Made by a program: the position numbers and the translations under genes. The notes beneath the pieces are model-generated. The model was not told the origin of the DNA. It worked only from the letters and a program-made list of their open reading frames with translations, and ran no database searches. From an uncultured Phycisphaerales bacterium (GTDB taxonomy: Bacteria; Planctomycetota; Phycisphaerae; Tepidisphaerales; Tepidisphaeraceae), in NCBI GenBank assembly GCA_963755915.1, contig CAVWLP010000002.1, forward strand, positions 3,776,001 through 3,840,000: a DNA stretch of 64,000 nt, given 5' to 3'. This document shows, piece after piece, positions 8,479 to 19,407 of this stretch; the first letter of the stretch is position 1, and each line of letters begins with the position of its first letter.

Positions 8479-10002
8479 CAATAGTGTCCGGAACGCAGGC
8501 TCACAAATAACACGATCTTGCGCCTTGCGCGAAGCAGCGTTTTGTGGTTCACTGCCGCCACGTGCACGCGGACCTTTGCCCAGCTTCTGGATTGCCCGCC
8601 AAGCCGGGACGAAAGCCGCGGCCGGCGGTGCGGGGGGAGGATTTGTTCGGCGGCAAGTACGTCGGTATTTTGCAGGATCATCTGGCCCGCCTGCGGGCGG
8701 CGCATCCCCACCCCAATCGCACGCTTTTTTATGACGATGTGACCCTTGCCTATCTGCTGGCGTTTTTCACGCCGGCGATTCGCAGCCTGCGGACGATGGA
8801 GGATTTCAGCCAGACCGAGCAGATGCAGGAGCAGCTTTCGGTCGATCGCCTGCCGCGTTCCACGCTTTCCGATGCCAACGCCCTGTTCGATCCGACGCTG
8901 CTGGAGCCGATCATCGAGGAGTTGCGGGCGCGGCTGCCGCACCTGCGTCACGGCGATCCGAAGCTGGCGGAGTTGACCGAGCGGGTACGGGTGGTGGATG
9001 GGTCGCTGTTCACCGTTGCCGCCGACGTGGCCTGGGCGCTGCATCAAAGTCGACCCAACGGAAAGCCCATGGACACGATTCGCCTGAATCTTCAATGGGC
9101 GGCGGGCGTGGGGGTTCCCGAGGGAGTGACGATCAGCGGCGCGGGATGCTCCGAGGCGCAGGCGCTGATGCAGTCCCTGGAGCCGGGACAGATTTACGTC
9201 ATGGACCGCGGCTACGTCTGTTTCGAGCTGCTGGAGCGGATCGTACATGCCTGCAGCGATTTTGTGCTCCGGCTCAAGTCAAACAACTATTTCATTCCCA
9301 TCGAAAACAATGACTTGACCCCCAAGTCCCTGCCGCTGAGCGATGAAGACCGCGCTGCCGGCATTCTCAGCGACCGGATCGGATACCTGGGCTCAGAAGG
9401 GCCACGCTTTGCTCCTCCGGCGGGAAAATGGCTTCGGGAAGTGACGATCTTCGACCCGGACAAACCCGACAGGCCCCTGCGGCTGCTGACCAATCTTCTT
9501 AACATTCCCGCCCATGTCATCGGTCTGCTCTACCGCTGGCGATGGAAGATCGAGCTGTTTTTCCGCTGGCTGAAAGTGCACGCCCACTTCCGCCATCTCA
9601 CCAGCCACAGCAAAAACGGCGTCACCACCGGGTTCTACATCGCGGTCATCGGGGTGCTGTTGATCTATCTGCACACGCAGCGTCCGGTGAGCAAATATGC
9701 CTACGCGATGCTGAGCCTGGTCGCCGCGGGAGGGGCCACGTTGCAAGAGATTATTCCCATCCTGCAGCGCCGAGAACGGGAATGCGAGCTGCAGCGTCAG
9801 CGTGTGGCACGGAAGAAGGCTGAAAAAATCGTCAAGTAAGTCACCGGGGGTTTTTGTTGTCCGGCCGCCGGTGAACGCCGCGGCATGCGCTGCAGGAGCA
9901 GCGCTGAACCTTCCACGCCGTTGCCCATCGAGGCAACGCAGCCTTTCGAGTGAAAACCCGAAAAATCCCAGCTCTAAGACGCGGAAGTCCCGGACAATAT
10001 TG
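8479..10002 (+). mobile_element. IS4-family insertion sequence (1524 bp)
   Basis: TIRs CAATAGTGTCCGGAAC / GTCCCGGACAATATTG (14/16); 9-bp TSD CGTAAAACG at 8470-8478 and 10003-10011. Confidence 0.92.
8544..9839 (+). CDS. IS4-family DDE transposase
   Basis: VVDGS, YVMDRGY and YRWRWKIELFFRWLK (YREK) motifs; start uncertain. Confidence 0.92.
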   Translation: MVHCRHVHADLCPASGLPAKPGRKPRPAVRGEDLFGGKYVGILQDHLARLRAAHPHPNRTLFYDDVTLAYLLAFFTPAIRSLRTMEDFSQTEQMQEQLSVDRLPRSTLSDANALFDPTLLEPIIEELRARLPHLRHGDPKLAELTERVRVVDGSLFTVAADVAWALHQSRPNGKPMDTIRLNLQWAAGVGVPEGVTISGAGCSEAQALMQSLEPGQIYVMDRGYVCFELLERIVHACSDFVLRLKSNNYFIPIENNDLTPKSLPLSDEDRAAGILSDRIGYLGSEGPRFAPPAGKWLREVTIFDPDKPDRPLRLLTNLLNIPAHVIGLLYRWRWKIELFFRWLKVHAHFRHLTSHSKNGVTTGFYIAVIGVLLIYLHTQRPVSKYAYAMLSLVAAGGATLQEIIPILQRRERECELQRQRVARKKAEKIVK

Positions 10003-10051
10003 CGTAAAACGTAACAAAACGTAAAATTATGTAACATCCGCCCGCCCAGCT

Positions 10052-10906
10052 TCACGGCTTCAAAATCACATTGTCAATCAGCCGCGTCGTCCCCACCCGC
10101 GCTGCCACCGCCAGAACTATCGGCCCAGCAACGACCTGCACATCCTTCAACGTCTTGGCATCCACCGCCGCCACATAGTCCACCGAAAGCGGCACCCGCC
10201 CCAGCGTTCCCGGATCCAGCAGCATATGCTGCATCGTCGCCAGCAACCGGTTCGTCTGGCGGACGCCCTTGGTCCATTCCTCCCGCGCCGCGAACAAACA
10301 TCGGCTCAGCGCCAGCCCGCGCTGCCGCTCATCGGCAGACAGATACTGATTCCGGCTGCTCATCGCCATACCATCCGCATCGCGGACGGTGGGGCACATG
10401 ATGATCCGGATCGGGAAATCCAGGGCGGCCGTCATCGTCTGGATGATCAGAAACTGCTGATAATCCTTCTGCCCAAAGCAAGCCGCCTGCGGGGTGACGA
10501 TGTTGAAGAGCTTCGCCACGACCTGGCAAACGCCTTTGAAATGGTGCGGCCGAATCCGCCCCTCCAGCACGCCGCTGAGCTGCGGAAAATCCAGATTCAC
10601 TTCCGCGACGTGAGCAGGGGGGTACATCTGTTCTTCGGTCGGATTGAAGACCATCGCCACCCCCGCCTCCCGGCACTTGGCCAGGTCCGCCTCCACTGGC
10701 CGGGGGTACTTCTTAAAATCCTCGCGCGGCCCAAACTGCGTCGGATTCACGAAAATGCTCACCACGACATTGTCGCCATGTTTCCGCCCCTCCTCGATCA
10801 GCGAAACATGCCCCGCATGCAGCGCCCCCATAGTCGGCACCAGCACAATCCTGCCAAGCTTCTCCCGCTCCCGGCGACAATCGGACAAAGTGTTAACGAC
10901 GATCAT
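10052..10906 (-). CDS. panC: Pantoate--beta-alanine ligase
   Basis: VPTMGALHAGH, SIFVNPTQF, FGQKDYQQ, MSSRN, RLIDN motifs. Confidence 0.97.
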   Translation of the reverse strand: MIVVNTLSDCRREREKLGRIVLVPTMGALHAGHVSLIEEGRKHGDNVVVSIFVNPTQFGPREDFKKYPRPVEADLAKCREAGVAMVFNPTEEQMYPPAHVAEVNLDFPQLSGVLEGRIRPHHFKGVCQVVAKLFNIVTPQAACFGQKDYQQFLIIQTMTAALDFPIRIIMCPTVRDADGMAMSSRNQYLSADERQRGLALSRCLFAAREEWTKGVRQTNRLLATMQHMLLDPGTLGRVPLSVDYVAAVDAKTLKDVQVVAGPIVLAVAARVGTTRLIDNVILKP

Positions 10907-10946
10907 ATGGTCCGAACTGTACCGAGTACGCACAAAAGTGCGAGCG

Positions 10947-10998
10947 ATTGCCTATTTCCTATTGCCTATTTGAGATTTCGAAATAGGCAATAGGAAAT
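10947..10998. repeat. Heptamer-based palindrome in the panC/hisF divergent intergenic region
   Basis: ATTTCCTATTGCCTATTT (10954-10971) / AAATAGGCAATAGGAAAT (10981-10998), perfect 18-bp arms. Confidence 0.8.
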
Positions 10999-11030
10999 TT
11001 CCCACGTGTCCCCGCTATAATCGGAAGTCG

Positions 11031-11801
11031 ATGCTTACCAAGCGCATCATCCCTTGCTTAGACGTCGATCGCGGCCGCGTGGTCAAAGGTGTGAAATTCT
11101 TCGACCACGTCGACGCCGGCGATCCTGTCGCTCTCGCCCGTCGATATCAGGAAGAGGGGGCGGATGAGCTGGTCTTCTACGACATTTCCGCGAGCCATGA
11201 AGGCCGCGAGATCATGGCCGACCTTGTCGCCCGCGTCATGGATGAGATCTTCATGCCCCTGACCGTCGGCGGCGGCATCCGAACGCTGGAAGATGCGACG
11301 CGCCTCATTCAGGCCGGGGCGGAAAAAGTCAGCCTGAACTCCGCGGCCGTGCGAAACCCGCGATTGCTGGGAGAAATCTCCCGTAAATTCGGCTGCTGCG
11401 CCACGGTGCTGGGCCTCGACGCCAACCGGGTGAAAAAAGACGGCTCGGAAAAATGGGAAGTTTTCGTCAACGGCGGCCGTGTCCCTACTGGTCTCGATGT
11501 TCTCACCTGGGCCAAGGAAGCGGAGGACCTGGGCGCCGGCGAAATCGTCCTGAACGTCATGAACGCCGACGGCACGACGGCGGGTTACGACCTGGAAATG
11601 ACCGCCGCCATCAGTGACGCCGTCAAGATCCCGGTAGTCGCCAGCGGTGGGGCGGGGAGCCCGCAGCATTTGCTCGACGTGCTGACCACGGGCCACGCGG
11701 ATGCGGCGCTGGCGGCAAGTATTTTTCACTTTGGGACGTTCTCGATCCCCGCAGTGAAGAGATTCCTCGCGGATCATGGGGTTGCCGTCAGGATCATTTA
11801 A
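11031..11801 (+). CDS. hisF: Imidazole glycerol phosphate synthase cyclase subunit
   Basis: [43 protein letters not shown] motifs. Confidence 0.97.
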   Translation: MLTKRIIPCLDVDRGRVVKGVKFFDHVDAGDPVALARRYQEEGADELVFYDISASHEGREIMADLVARVMDEIFMPLTVGGGIRTLEDATRLIQAGAEKVSLNSAAVRNPRLLGEISRKFGCCATVLGLDANRVKKDGSEKWEVFVNGGRVPTGLDVLTWAKEAEDLGAGEIVLNVMNADGTTAGYDLEMTAAISDAVKIPVVASGGAGSPQHLLDVLTTGHADAALAASIFHFGTFSIPAVKRFLADHGVAVRII

Positions 11802-11809
11802 GCCCGCCG

Positions 11810-12865
11810 CTACTGCGGCATCCCAACCCTCATTTCCTTTACGGCAATTCCATCGCTCCACCTCCCCATGAACCTTTGCTGGAACGTATTACCGAAGGCG
11901 TACTCCCCATTCTTGCCAAAAAACGCCTGGTCCGTCAGGCCGTCGAACAGCTTCCAGATACCATAATATTCCAGAGCGGTAGGGGGCTGATTCTCGACGT
12001 ACATCCGCATGCGCCGTATCAGCGGGCCCTCGCTTAGAGGGACGGCCGATGGGTCCAAAATCTTCCCCGCCACCGGGCACATATGGTTGGCGATCAGCCG
12101 CGGGCGGCCGTGGTCGTCGGAGACGAGCGTGAGATAATCTTTATGATCCGCCGGGATTTGTGTCAGGCGTGAATAAATCATTTGTGCGGTGTCCGTTCCC
12201 GCTAACTCGTCCGCATCTCCGACAATCACCAGTGCGAATGTATCGGCAGGAATTCTGGAAAAATCCGCGACTGGCATATGAATCGCCGGGTCATCGATCA
12301 GATGATTCCCCGGCTCGACGCAGCAAAAGGCCTTGGGGACAGGCAGGCCATTGGCCGCGGCCTCGGCAACAAGATTCGCGGTGATTGCCCCGCCCAGCGA
12401 GTGGCCCACTATCGCCACATGATCCAGTTGCGGCTTCACATGCCCAGGATTTGCCAGTTCCGCGAACGCCGCCTTCACCGAAGCGATCGCATTCGGGGTG
12501 AAATCGTTCATTGAGGTCGCGATCGACGATTGATAAATCGGGTAGATCACGATGTTCCCACGCCGGACCAAATGCGTGATCCATTTCCCATACGTATTGG
12601 GCGTCAAGACGCTCCAGCCGTGCAGGAAAATAACAACCGGCGCGGAATCCGGTGTCGGATCAGCCGGCTCAAAGATCCAATACTTCGTGCTGCCCGTGCC
12701 GTACCGGTGCATTGCCAGATCGCCAAACGGATAATCACTGCTCCCCGGCCCAATCGTGGGCTGCTGTGGTGGCGAGGGAAGCGTCGTCGCGGCGCCCGGG
12801 CAAATGCATGCCATCGCCGCCAATAGAATCAGGCCAAATCCCACGGTCCCAAGCCTTCTTCTCAT
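11810..12865 (-). CDS. Secreted alpha/beta hydrolase (esterase/chlorophyllase-like)
   Basis: Signal peptide from ATG 12865; VIFLHGW and GHSLGG nucleophile elbow. Confidence 0.8.
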   Translation of the reverse strand: MRRRLGTVGFGLILLAAMACICPGAATTLPSPPQQPTIGPGSSDYPFGDLAMHRYGTGSTKYWIFEPADPTPDSAPVVIFLHGWSVLTPNTYGKWITHLVRRGNIVIYPIYQSSIATSMNDFTPNAIASVKAAFAELANPGHVKPQLDHVAIVGHSLGGAITANLVAEAAANGLPVPKAFCCVEPGNHLIDDPAIHMPVADFSRIPADTFALVIVGDADELAGTDTAQMIYSRLTQIPADHKDYLTLVSDDHGRPRLIANHMCPVAGKILDPSAVPLSEGPLIRRMRMYVENQPPTALEYYGIWKLFDGLTDQAFFGKNGEYAFGNTFQQRFMGRWSDGIAVKEMRVGMPQ

Positions 12866-12877
12866 CGATGCAGGAAT

Positions 12878-12951
12878 TTTACCGCGGAGCACGCAGAGAG
12901 CGCTGAGAAAAAAGTTTTGTCTCCGCGCTCTCGGCGTGCTCCGCGGTGAAA
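12878..12951. repeat. REP-like palindrome, same unit type as the intron target
   Basis: TTTACCGCGGAGCACGCAGAGAGCGCTGAGA / TCTCCGCGCTCTCGGCGTGCTCCGCGGTGAAA. Confidence 0.8.
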
Positions 12952-12974
12952 TCAGCTTTTCGCAGGGAATCAGT

Positions 12975-13716
12975 TCACTTTTCACTTCGCGCGGCATGAG
13001 GCGCGGAATAATTGCAGCTATCGAGATAGGCCGTGACTTCGCGCCGCAGCTGGCGCTGGATGGCCCGCGGATCTTGGCGGGCATCTACGCAGTGAAATCC
13101 GTATTCCTCAGCCATGGCATCGAACTGGCCGATCAGCTCCCCCTGATAGGCCACGAAGCTGTCGAACAGATCGTCCCCCCAGTTCATATCCAGCCCGCTC
13201 TCCCAGTAATTCATCTTTCCCGCTTCCAGGACGCGGGGCACAAGGTCTTCGGTGCCAAGCTGCAAATAAAATACCAGATCCGGCTGCACCGCGAATGAAA
13301 AGAGGTCCCGCAGCCAGCTTTTGTCGGCATCCCGCGCCACGCCGCGCCAGCAGCGTGTAAATATACCGGTCGGCAAGCACGATAAATCCGCTCTTCAGGG
13401 CGGGAATGATCTGGTATTCCATCCGGTCGGCCAGGTCGGTTGCATACATCAGGCAATACGTCAGCCGATGCAGCGAATGGCCTTCCTTGGCGTCAGTGAT
13501 CGCCTTGCCGACCAGCTTACTTCGGGTCCAACCAGTGTCGATGACCGCATATCCCTGAACCTCTAGCCATTCCTTGAGCATGATCGCCTGGGTGCTTCGG
13601 CCGCAACCATCGGTTCCCTCGATCACGATGAGCTTCCCGGTTGCGCCTTCCATCGGAAGGTACGGCATGGCGTGGCCCATGTAGCGGAATTCTGAATTGT
13701 TGGAATCAGAAGACAT
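12975..13716 (-). CDS. Thymidylate kinase-like protein 2 (frameshift near 13348)
   Basis: LIVIEGTDGCGRSTQ P-loop variant and VLADRY; ORFs 13108..13716 + 12975..13376. Confidence 0.85.
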
Positions 13717-14406
13717 GGTTCACCACCTGCACCGCGGGCGCATGGTAATCCTCGAGCGTCCGGTCGATGTAGTTGCGAACGATCTGCTGCTGCTCGCCGA
13801 TGCTTTGCGTGGCGTCGATTTCGGTCAGACCGTATTCGGCAGTTATTCTCACATATTCATCCAGGATCCGGCCCTGGAAGAGCTTGAAGCTTGTGACCGG
13901 GTCGGCCGACAGCCTCAGGTCCATTCCAGCTTCGTATTCCTTGATTTTCGCCCGCCCGGAAAGGAGTCGGGCGACGCTGACCTCGATGGGAACATTGAAA
14001 TAAAACGCCCGGTCCGGGCGCGGCGCGAATTGGAAAACCCGCCGCACCCAGTCCGGCTCGCACCCGCGGACGACGTCGCGGGCGAAGGCGGTGTAAACGT
14101 AACGGTCGGCCAGGACGATCATCCCGGCCTTCAGGGGCGGCAGAATGTTATGCACCAGGCGATAGGCGAAATCGGTCGCATGCAGAAGGGAAAAGGTGAG
14201 CGGCGTTAGCGACATTTTCTTCTTGCCGCGCTTGGTGACCGTCTTCACCAGGTCTGCACTGTTCCATTCGGTAAAAAAAGTTTTCAGCCCTGCGCCTGGA
14301 GATAGCGCAGGGCAAGCTGAAGCTGCGTGCTCTTCCCGGAGCCGTCGATACCCTCGACGATGATCAGCTTTCCGGGAAACGTGTGTGGGGTCAGAAGTGA
14401 ATCCAT
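13706..14406 (-). CDS. Thymidylate kinase-like protein 1 (frameshift near 14288)
   Basis: LIIVEGIDGSGKSTQ P-loop and VLADRYVYT; ORFs 14284..14526 + 13706..14410. Confidence 0.85.
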
Positions 14407-14410
14407 GCAA

Positions 14411-15997
14411 CTATTTCTTTGCCAGCTCGAAGGAGATCGGCCGGCCAAAAACTTCCTCAAACCAATCGCGTTTTCGCCGCGCCCCAGAATTCCAGTTGGG
14501 CATCGGAGCGCGCGGTCATCGTACATTTGACCTTTTTGTCGGCGATCTTACACCGCAAGTCCTGAATTACCGAACTATGGCTGCGGTCCAAGCCATCCGA
14601 CAGACGCAGCAGAGCCGCCCCGATGTCGACGATCCGTCGCATTCGTGGGGGCAGGGTAGCGTAAGGGTCGTGCTTTTGCTTGGGCGTCGCCTTGCGATGG
14701 TATCGGGCGATGTTGGCAATCACTTTGATTTCATCTTCCGTAAAGTTCTTTAAATCTCCATGTAAGATCAGGTACATGCTGTGTTTATGGTGACCCGTCC
14801 TTCCGATGTGCCAGCCGATGTCATGCAGCAGGGCGCCATATTCGATCAGTTCGCGCTCAGCAGCGCCATCTTATGCAAGCCGCGCAATTCGTCGAAAAGT
14901 TTCATGCATATCTTGGCCACCTGCTCGCTGTGGCTCTTGTTCCAGTCAGACCGGCGGGCGAGGTCGATGACGCTGCGCCTTCGGGGATCGGGAAGCTGGC
15001 GGCGAATCGCCAGATCGGGCAGATGGCGGGAAAGGTAGTCGAGGAGAATTCCCTCGCGCAGAGCGGAGGGGCAAATTTCGATCCGCCGGATGCGCAGGCG
15101 GCGGAAAAGCTCGCTGACGAGTAACGCCCCGGCGACGATCTGGTCTTTCCGCTGGTCGTCGAGACCGCGGATGCGGGCGCGGTCCTTGGAACGGCTCTCA
15201 AGCACTTCGGCCAGCAGCTTCTCGAAGCGAGCGCGCTCGATGACTTGGTGGTGGTCGCTCTCGCCGTTATGGGGCGGCTCTGAGCCGGTCATGGCCGCGA
15301 GATTTTCGAGCGTGCCGCTGGTGCCGATCACCTTCACCGGGTGCAGCGCCTCGATCTGCTTGACGATCGGCGAAAGTTCCTTATCGTAATGCTTGAGCAA
15401 ATCCTGCTGGTCTTCGGCGCTGATCGGATCGGACTTCACGTACTGCGCGGTCATCCGTGCCGCGCCCAGCTTGCGGCTTTCCAGGAGCGAATATTGTTTG
15501 TCGTCCCCGACGATGAATTCGACGCTTCCGCCGCCGATGTCGATCATGAGGTGTGGCTGGGAGCGCAGGGGCATCGCATGACGCACCGCGAGATAAATCA
15601 GCCGCGCCTCATCGCGCGCGCTTACGATCTTCACGTACAAACCCAGTTGGCGGCGGATGCGCTCGATGAGGTCTCCGCCGTTTTCGGCTTCGCGGATGGC
15701 GCTGGTCGCGACGGCAATGATTTTTTCCGCCTGGCGCTGGTGGGCCGCCTGCTGGAACCGCTCGAGGACGGCCATGGCGCGGTCCATCGCGTCGAGTGTG
15801 AGTCGCCGGGAGGGAAAGCTGAGGCGGCCGAGGCCGACCGGCTCCTTGAGCCGCCAGAGGGTGGTGATTCCGCCGTCGGCGTCAGCCTGGGCGACGATCA
15901 TATGAATGCTGTTGGACCCGACGTCGATGGCCGCAAGGCGCAGCGATTCCCGGACATCCGATTTTGAGCCTGCACGCGAATGAGCAGCCAACGTCAT
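14411..15997 (-). CDS. ppx: Ppx/GppA exopolyphosphatase with C-terminal HD domain (frameshifts near 14865 and 14480)
   Basis: AAIDVGSNS, ATSAIREA, DIGGGSVE, ALREG; LLHDIG read in the shifted frame. Confidence 0.9.
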
Positions 15998-16064
15998 TGG
16001 GGGCAACTATACCGCAATGGAATGCGGATTGCCGAGTACCAATCAAAACAGGGCAAATCAATTC

Positions 16065-16538
16065 TTAATAATCCAGCGAAATCCTCAAAAACGGCTTCGC
16101 AAGGCTATCGGTGAGGATAAACTTCAGGATATCCGCGATGGCATCGCGATTGTCCTTCCACATGAACATGCGATCCACGTCTGCCGCGGGAACCCAGCGG
16201 TGATCGTCGTGCTCGTCGTTAAGAATGATCGGCTGATCGCGCTTCACGATCGCGCAGAAGGGGACGCAGTGCCAGAGTGTATCGGTTGACGCGATATAAA
16301 AGACACTTACCTGGTCGAGGCGATAGAACTCCGCAGGAATCAATCCCGCTTCCTCTTTCAATTCGCGCAGAGCCGCCGTTACCGGCGATTCTCCTTCCTC
16401 CGATTGCCCATAGATCGCCTGCCAGGTTCCGCCCATGAAATCATCCACCCGTCGGCGCAACTGGAGAAATTTGTAAGATGTGGCGTCGGCGGAAGGACGG
16501 GCGACGTAGCAACTGACCATGTTGTAACGGATCTGCAT
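16065..16538 (-). CDS. Nudix hydrolase (NudB-like)
   Basis: GQSEEGESPVTAALRELKEEAGL Nudix box; LNDEH..W motif. Confidence 0.88.
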   Translation of the reverse strand: MQIRYNMVSCYVARPSADATSYKFLQLRRRVDDFMGGTWQAIYGQSEEGESPVTAALRELKEEAGLIPAEFYRLDQVSVFYIASTDTLWHCVPFCAIVKRDQPIILNDEHDDHRWVPAADVDRMFMWKDNRDAIADILKFILTDSLAKPFLRISLDY

Positions 16539-16551
16539 GGAAGGAGATTAG

Positions 16552-17102
16552 ATGGCCTGGAACGTTGAAATCAAGGCGAAGGTTGCGAGCTTTGAGGAGA
16601 TGCGCGCCGAATCCGCGCATTCGTCGATGATGCGGGCCAGAAATTGGAGCAGGAGGACGTTTTTTTCAGCGTCCCGCGCGGCCGGATGAAACTTCGCACG
16701 GTTAATGGCAGATGCGAATTGATTTACTATTTCCGCGAAAATACGCCGCGGCCTCGGCAGTCGAACTATCTCATCATTCCGATTGAAAATGGCCGCGCGG
16801 CTCGTAAAATGCTCGCCGCCGTGCATGGCGAGATCGGGGTTGTGCGGAAAACTCGCTGGCTCTACCTGGCCGGGCAAACGCGAATCCACCTCGATCGGGT
16901 GGAAGGTCTTGGGGATTTCCTCGAACTGGAAGTTGTGATGCGCGAGAAACAGCCGGCGGAGGAGGGCGAAGCGATCGCCGCCGAACTGATGGCCCGGTTG
17001 GGTATCGCGAAGGACCAACTCCTGGACCGTGCGTACGTGGATTATCTCTCGGAAGCCGCCTCTAAATCAGCATCATCCCCGGCTGTTCGAGCAGCGACTT
17101 GA
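16552..17102 (+). CDS. CYTH-domain (class IV adenylate cyclase-like) protein, frameshift near 16610-16640
   Basis: MAWNVEIKAK ExK start with AAGGAG RBS; QEDVFF, KLR, RIHLDRVEGLGDFLELEVV. Confidence 0.85.
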
Positions 17103-18403
17103 GCGTCTTGAGGAAATCCGCCGCGGCCGCGCCGTCCACGACCCGGTGATCGGCCGACAGCGTCATGGAGAGCATCGTTCGCGCGAGGATTTGATCGCCG
17201 CGAACCACCGGGCGTTTTTCCGCGGCGCCGACGGCAAGAATCGCCACTTGCGGTGGATTGATAATCGCGGAAAACTCGCGGATCCCAAATGCGCCCAGGT
17301 TGCTGACCGTAAAGGTCCCGCCCATCATCTCGTCCTGCTTGAGCCGCTGGGCCCGCGCGCGATCGACCAGATCGACGCTGCGCTGGCGGATTTCTTTCAG
17401 CCCCATCGTGTGGATGTTCCGCAGCACCGGGACGATCAGCCCATCGGGAATCGAAACGGCCATCCCCAGGTTCACCTCGGGATGCCGGGTGATTTCATCG
17501 CCGCTGAAGGTGGAGTTGATCCCGGGATGGCGGACCAGCGCGATGGCCACGGCCTTGGAGACGAAATCTCCGATGCTGAGGCGGACCTTTTCGGCTTCCA
17601 GCATCTCGTTCATCCTGGCGCGGAGTTTCACGATATCTTCGACGTCGGCGTCGATCGTTTCGTAGAAATGCGGGATGTTTTGCTTGGAGGCGACGAGCTG
17701 CCGGGCGATGGCCGCGCGCATCTTGGTCATGCCTACAACCTGCGTCTCGCCGTTCCGCGGGGAAGCGGGTGCGGCTGGCGCCGCGAGCGGCACGGCTTTG
17801 AGATTGATCATGTCCTGCTTGACGATTCGGCCGCCCGGGCCTGAGCCGCGGAGGGCGGAGATATCGATGTTTCCTTGCCGGGCGATTCGCCGCGCCAGGG
17901 GGGAAACCCGTTGCCGGCGCCGCCATTTCCCGAGTGAGGCAGGGGGGGTACGGCGGTGGGGGCCTCGCGGGTCGCTCCATGCCCGACATTGTCCGGCTCG
18001 CGAATTTCACCCACGCTGGCCTTGGCGAAATTCTCCGCGGTAGCCATCACCGGCTTGCGCGTCGCCGCCACTTCCTGGCGAGAGTGCGGCGCGGGAGCAG
18101 CGGCCGATGCGGCTGGCGCTGCGAGCGCGACGCGTATTGCTTTTTTACTTCCCCGGGATTTTCCGAACCTGTTGAGATCACCGCCAGCAGGGAGCCCACC
18201 GTTACCTTCTCTCCTTCACTGGCAACCAGCGCGGCCACCACGCCGTCGTCAAATACCTCCTGCTCCATCACGGCCTTGTCGGTTTCCACCTCGGCGATCT
18301 TCTCGCCGGACTTGATCGCCTCCCCCTCCTTTTTCAGCCATTTTACAAGCGTACCTTCGGTCATCGTATCGCTGAGCTGCGGCATGGTGATTTCAACGGG
18401 CAT
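17062..18403 (-). CDS. pdhC: Pyruvate dehydrogenase E2 dihydrolipoamide acetyltransferase (several frameshifts)
   Basis: Lipoyl domain EVETDKA, subunit-binding domain, DHRVVDG catalytic motif. Confidence 0.92.
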
Positions 18404-18410
18404 TGTTTTC

Positions 18411-19394
18411 CTACTTGTAGCAAGCCTCTTTGACCGCGCTCACGATCCGGTCGACGCTGGGAAGCATCGCCTCCTCCAAGGGGTGCGAGAAGGGGACCGG
18501 AACCTCGTCGCTGTGCACGTATTCGATCGGCGCGTCCAGATCGTCGAAGCTTCGCTTCTGAATCTTGTAGAGAATGCCGCTGCCCATCCCGCAGTATCCC
18601 CAGTCTTCGTCGACGATGACGCAGCGATTGGTCTTGTCGATGGATTCGGCGATCGTCTCGACGTCCAGCGGCCGCAGCGTGCGGATGTCGATGAGCTCCA
18701 CATCGATTCCATGATCATTGACGAGCGCCTCGACGGCCGGGCGCACGACGCGCTGAAGGGGGCGGCCGTAGCTCACCAGCGTGACGTCGGCGCCTTGGCG
18801 CTCAACCTTCGCCTTGCCGATGGGGAGCAGATATTCCTCCAGTGGGACTTCTTCCTTTTCGCCGAGCATCTTCTCCGATTCCAGGAAAATCACGGGGTCG
18901 TCGCAGCGAATCGAGGATTTCAAGAGGCCCTTGGCCTCGTATGGCGTGCTGGGTGCCACGACGATCAGGCCTGGGATGCGAGCATAAATCGATTCCATGC
19001 GATGGCTGTGGGTCGCCCCGAGCTGATGGGCGATCCCGTTGCCGCCGCGGAAGACGATGGGAATCTTGAACTGTCCGCCGGACATGTACCGCACGTTGGC
19101 GGCGTTGTTGACGAGCTGGTCCATGCAGACGAGCGTGAACGACCAACTCATGAATTCGATGATCGGCCGCAGCCCGCAGCAGGCGGCGCCAACGCCAAGG
19201 CCGGAAAAGGCCGCCTCGCTGATGGGCGTATCGAAGATCCGCCGGGGACCGAATTTCTCCAGCATCCCTTCGGAAACTTTGTACGCGCCGTTGTATTGCG
19301 CGACTTCCTCTCCCATCAGGAACACGTTTTCATCCCGCTCCATTTCCTCGGTCATGGCAGCGCGGAGGGCTTCACGGAATTGAATTACTGGCAT
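18411..19394 (-). CDS. pdhB: Pyruvate dehydrogenase E1 beta subunit
   Basis: GEEVAQYNGAYKVS, DTPISE, IDIRTLRPLD. Confidence 0.95.
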   Translation of the reverse strand: MPVIQFREALRAAMTEEMERDENVFLMGEEVAQYNGAYKVSEGMLEKFGPRRIFDTPISEAAFSGLGVGAACCGLRPIIEFMSWSFTLVCMDQLVNNAANVRYMSGGQFKIPIVFRGGNGIAHQLGATHSHRMESIYARIPGLIVVAPSTPYEAKGLLKSSIRCDDPVIFLESEKMLGEKEEVPLEEYLLPIGKAKVERQGADVTLVSYGRPLQRVVRPAVEALVNDHGIDVELIDIRTLRPLDVETIAESIDKTNRCVIVDEDWGYCGMGSGILYKIQKRSFDDLDAPIEYVHSDEVPVPFSHPLEEAMLPSVDRIVSAVKEACYK

Positions 19395-19407
19395 AAGTTT
19401 TTTTCTC

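Noticed and set aside
8350-10038. ATGTTACA / TGTAACAT inverted pair around the IS4 empty site as ends of an older element
   Set aside because: Only 8 bp with no TSD; could be chance
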